Notes under the pieces: model-generated
Seen by the model: only the letters and a program-made list of their open reading frames with translations
Databases searched by the model: none
Told to the model about the DNA's origin: nothing
Part shown: piece after piece, positions 62,767 to 64,000 of the stretch
Numbering within the stretch: the stretch's first letter is position 1
Layout of the letters: the number at the start of each line of letters is the position of its first letter
Program-made: the position numbers and the translations under genes
Origin: Octopus sinensis
Lineage: Eukaryota
DNA length: 64,000 nt
Assembly (NCBI RefSeq): GCF_006345805.1
Contig: NC_043001.1
Coordinates: 42,656,001 to 42,720,000 of the forward strand
Reading direction: 5' to 3'

Positions 62767-63197
62767 GGATCTTTTCAGTTTGAACGGCAGTTTTTAACAT
62801 AATTTCTAAGTAACTAAAAAATTTTAAAGTTCGTATACTGGTAGAATGTGTTTATAAAACATCTTTTTCTCTTGGCTTTATTGAGAAAATTCTATAGTTT
62901 GTAAGATATTTGTTGTTTTTTTTCTTCAATTTCTGCATTTTCAACCAATCAATGACGTCCATTGAGGTATAAAAAAAAAACATTCTGTGCCGTATGAATA
63001 TGTCCCTCGTTTAAGAAACAGATTGGGTTTATTTACATTTGTGAAGAAAAAAGATACCCTTCTCCCATCCCTAACCTTAACCAACCCTAACCCTAAAAGA
63101 GATTGAAATGCAATAGATCGATTCTAAGGTCATAATTATGGGTGACAATTTCATATGACACCGTTAGAAAAAACTGCCGTTCAAACCGAAGAGATCC
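62767..63197. mobile_element. MITE (431 bp) with 29-bp TIRs and internal telomere-like repeats
   Basis: GGATCTTTTCAGTTTGAACGGCAGTTTTT vs AAAAACTGCCGTTCAAACCGAAGAGATCC (2 mismatches); CCCTAA-like repeats at 63069-63096. Confidence 0.9.
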
Positions 63198-63627
63198 GAA
63201 TATATTCTTACGTCCACCATTTCGTCAATCGCAGCAGCTTCCAAGCTTCATCACTGATTCAGTTCTCATCTATATTGCAAACTGTTAAGTTTTAAAGAGG
63301 ACACTTTGGCATGAATAGTTTGAGATTTGGTTCAGTAGAAAAAAAGTTAAATCAAAATATGTGAGGCCTAAAGGTGGGCAGTAAGGCACGTATTCATTTT
63401 CAATTAACAGAAATTTTTTTTATTTTGAAATAAAAGTATACTTTTTTTAGGCTTAGATGATAGAAAAATGCATGAGGAATTCAGAATCATTAGTCACATT
63501 CAACAAAAATTAGTAGAAAAAAAGTTATGAGGTGCAATGTCATGAAATGTAAAATGAGTAAGGGAGTAACGCCCCAAGCAGTAATTTTAAGAATATATTT
63601 CTAAAATGAATGTTTACATTCTAACAT

Positions 63628-63922
63628 GGTGAGCTGGCAGAAATGTTAGTGTGCCAGGCGAAATGCTTAGTGGTATTTAGTCTGCCGTTACGTTCTGAGT
63701 TCAAATTCCGCCGAGGTCGACTTTGCCTTTCATCCTTTCAGGGTTGATAAATTAAGTACCAGTTACGCACTGGGGTCGATGTAATCGACTTAACCCCTTT
63801 GTCTGTCCTTGTTTGTCCACTCTATGTTTAGCCCCTTGTGGGTAGTAAAGAAATAGGTATTTAGTCTGTCATTTCGTTCTGAGTTCAAATTCCACTGAGG
63901 TCGACTTTACCTTTCAACCTTT
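63628..63922 (+). mobile_element. SINE of the 47759 family (63628-63854) followed by a partial tandem copy (63855-63922)
   Basis: Highly similar to 47759-47989; the GGTATTT..GTCTG..TTCTGAGTTCAAATTCC..GAGGTCGACTTT segment is repeated directly after the tail. Confidence 0.92.
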
Positions 63923-64000
63923 TGTATACTTTATTTTTTCAATTGAATTGTTTAATAAAGTTATTTTTAATATGCTGTTGAATTAGAGTAAGTTTAACTT

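Noticed and set aside
63069-63096. Telomere or chromosome-fusion scar
   Set aside because: Only about four degenerate units, internal to a MITE.

Overview
AT-rich, microsatellite- and transposon-dense metazoan genomic DNA. The repeat families and protein sequences point to an octopod cephalopod (Octopus sp.); this is an inference, not a database result. Three host genes are supported, all on +. (1) A complete 14-exon NDUFS2 (complex I 49 kDa subunit; CDS 4746-22537, 1401 nt, 466 aa, every junction GT-AG and in phase). (2) An intronless COMMD5 (25408-26115). (3) The first coding exon of a PCSK7-like proprotein convertase (61671-62174), which continues past the window. The rest is a near-identical 904-bp tandem duplication at the start, several tRNA-derived SINE families, RTE, CR1-like and CRE-like LINE relics, two kinds of Gypsy relic, Tc1/mariner elements, a probable hAT relic and a MITE with telomere-like repeats. 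No CRISPR, rRNA or bona fide tRNA gene was found. The most interesting signals concern one RTE family. It has a C4HC3 PHD finger embedded in the RT C-terminal region and a variable-number array of stem-conserved hairpins in its 3' UTR. Two of its copies form an inverted pair bracketing NDUFS2 exons 8-13. All identifications are by eye and from memory of protein families; no searches were run.
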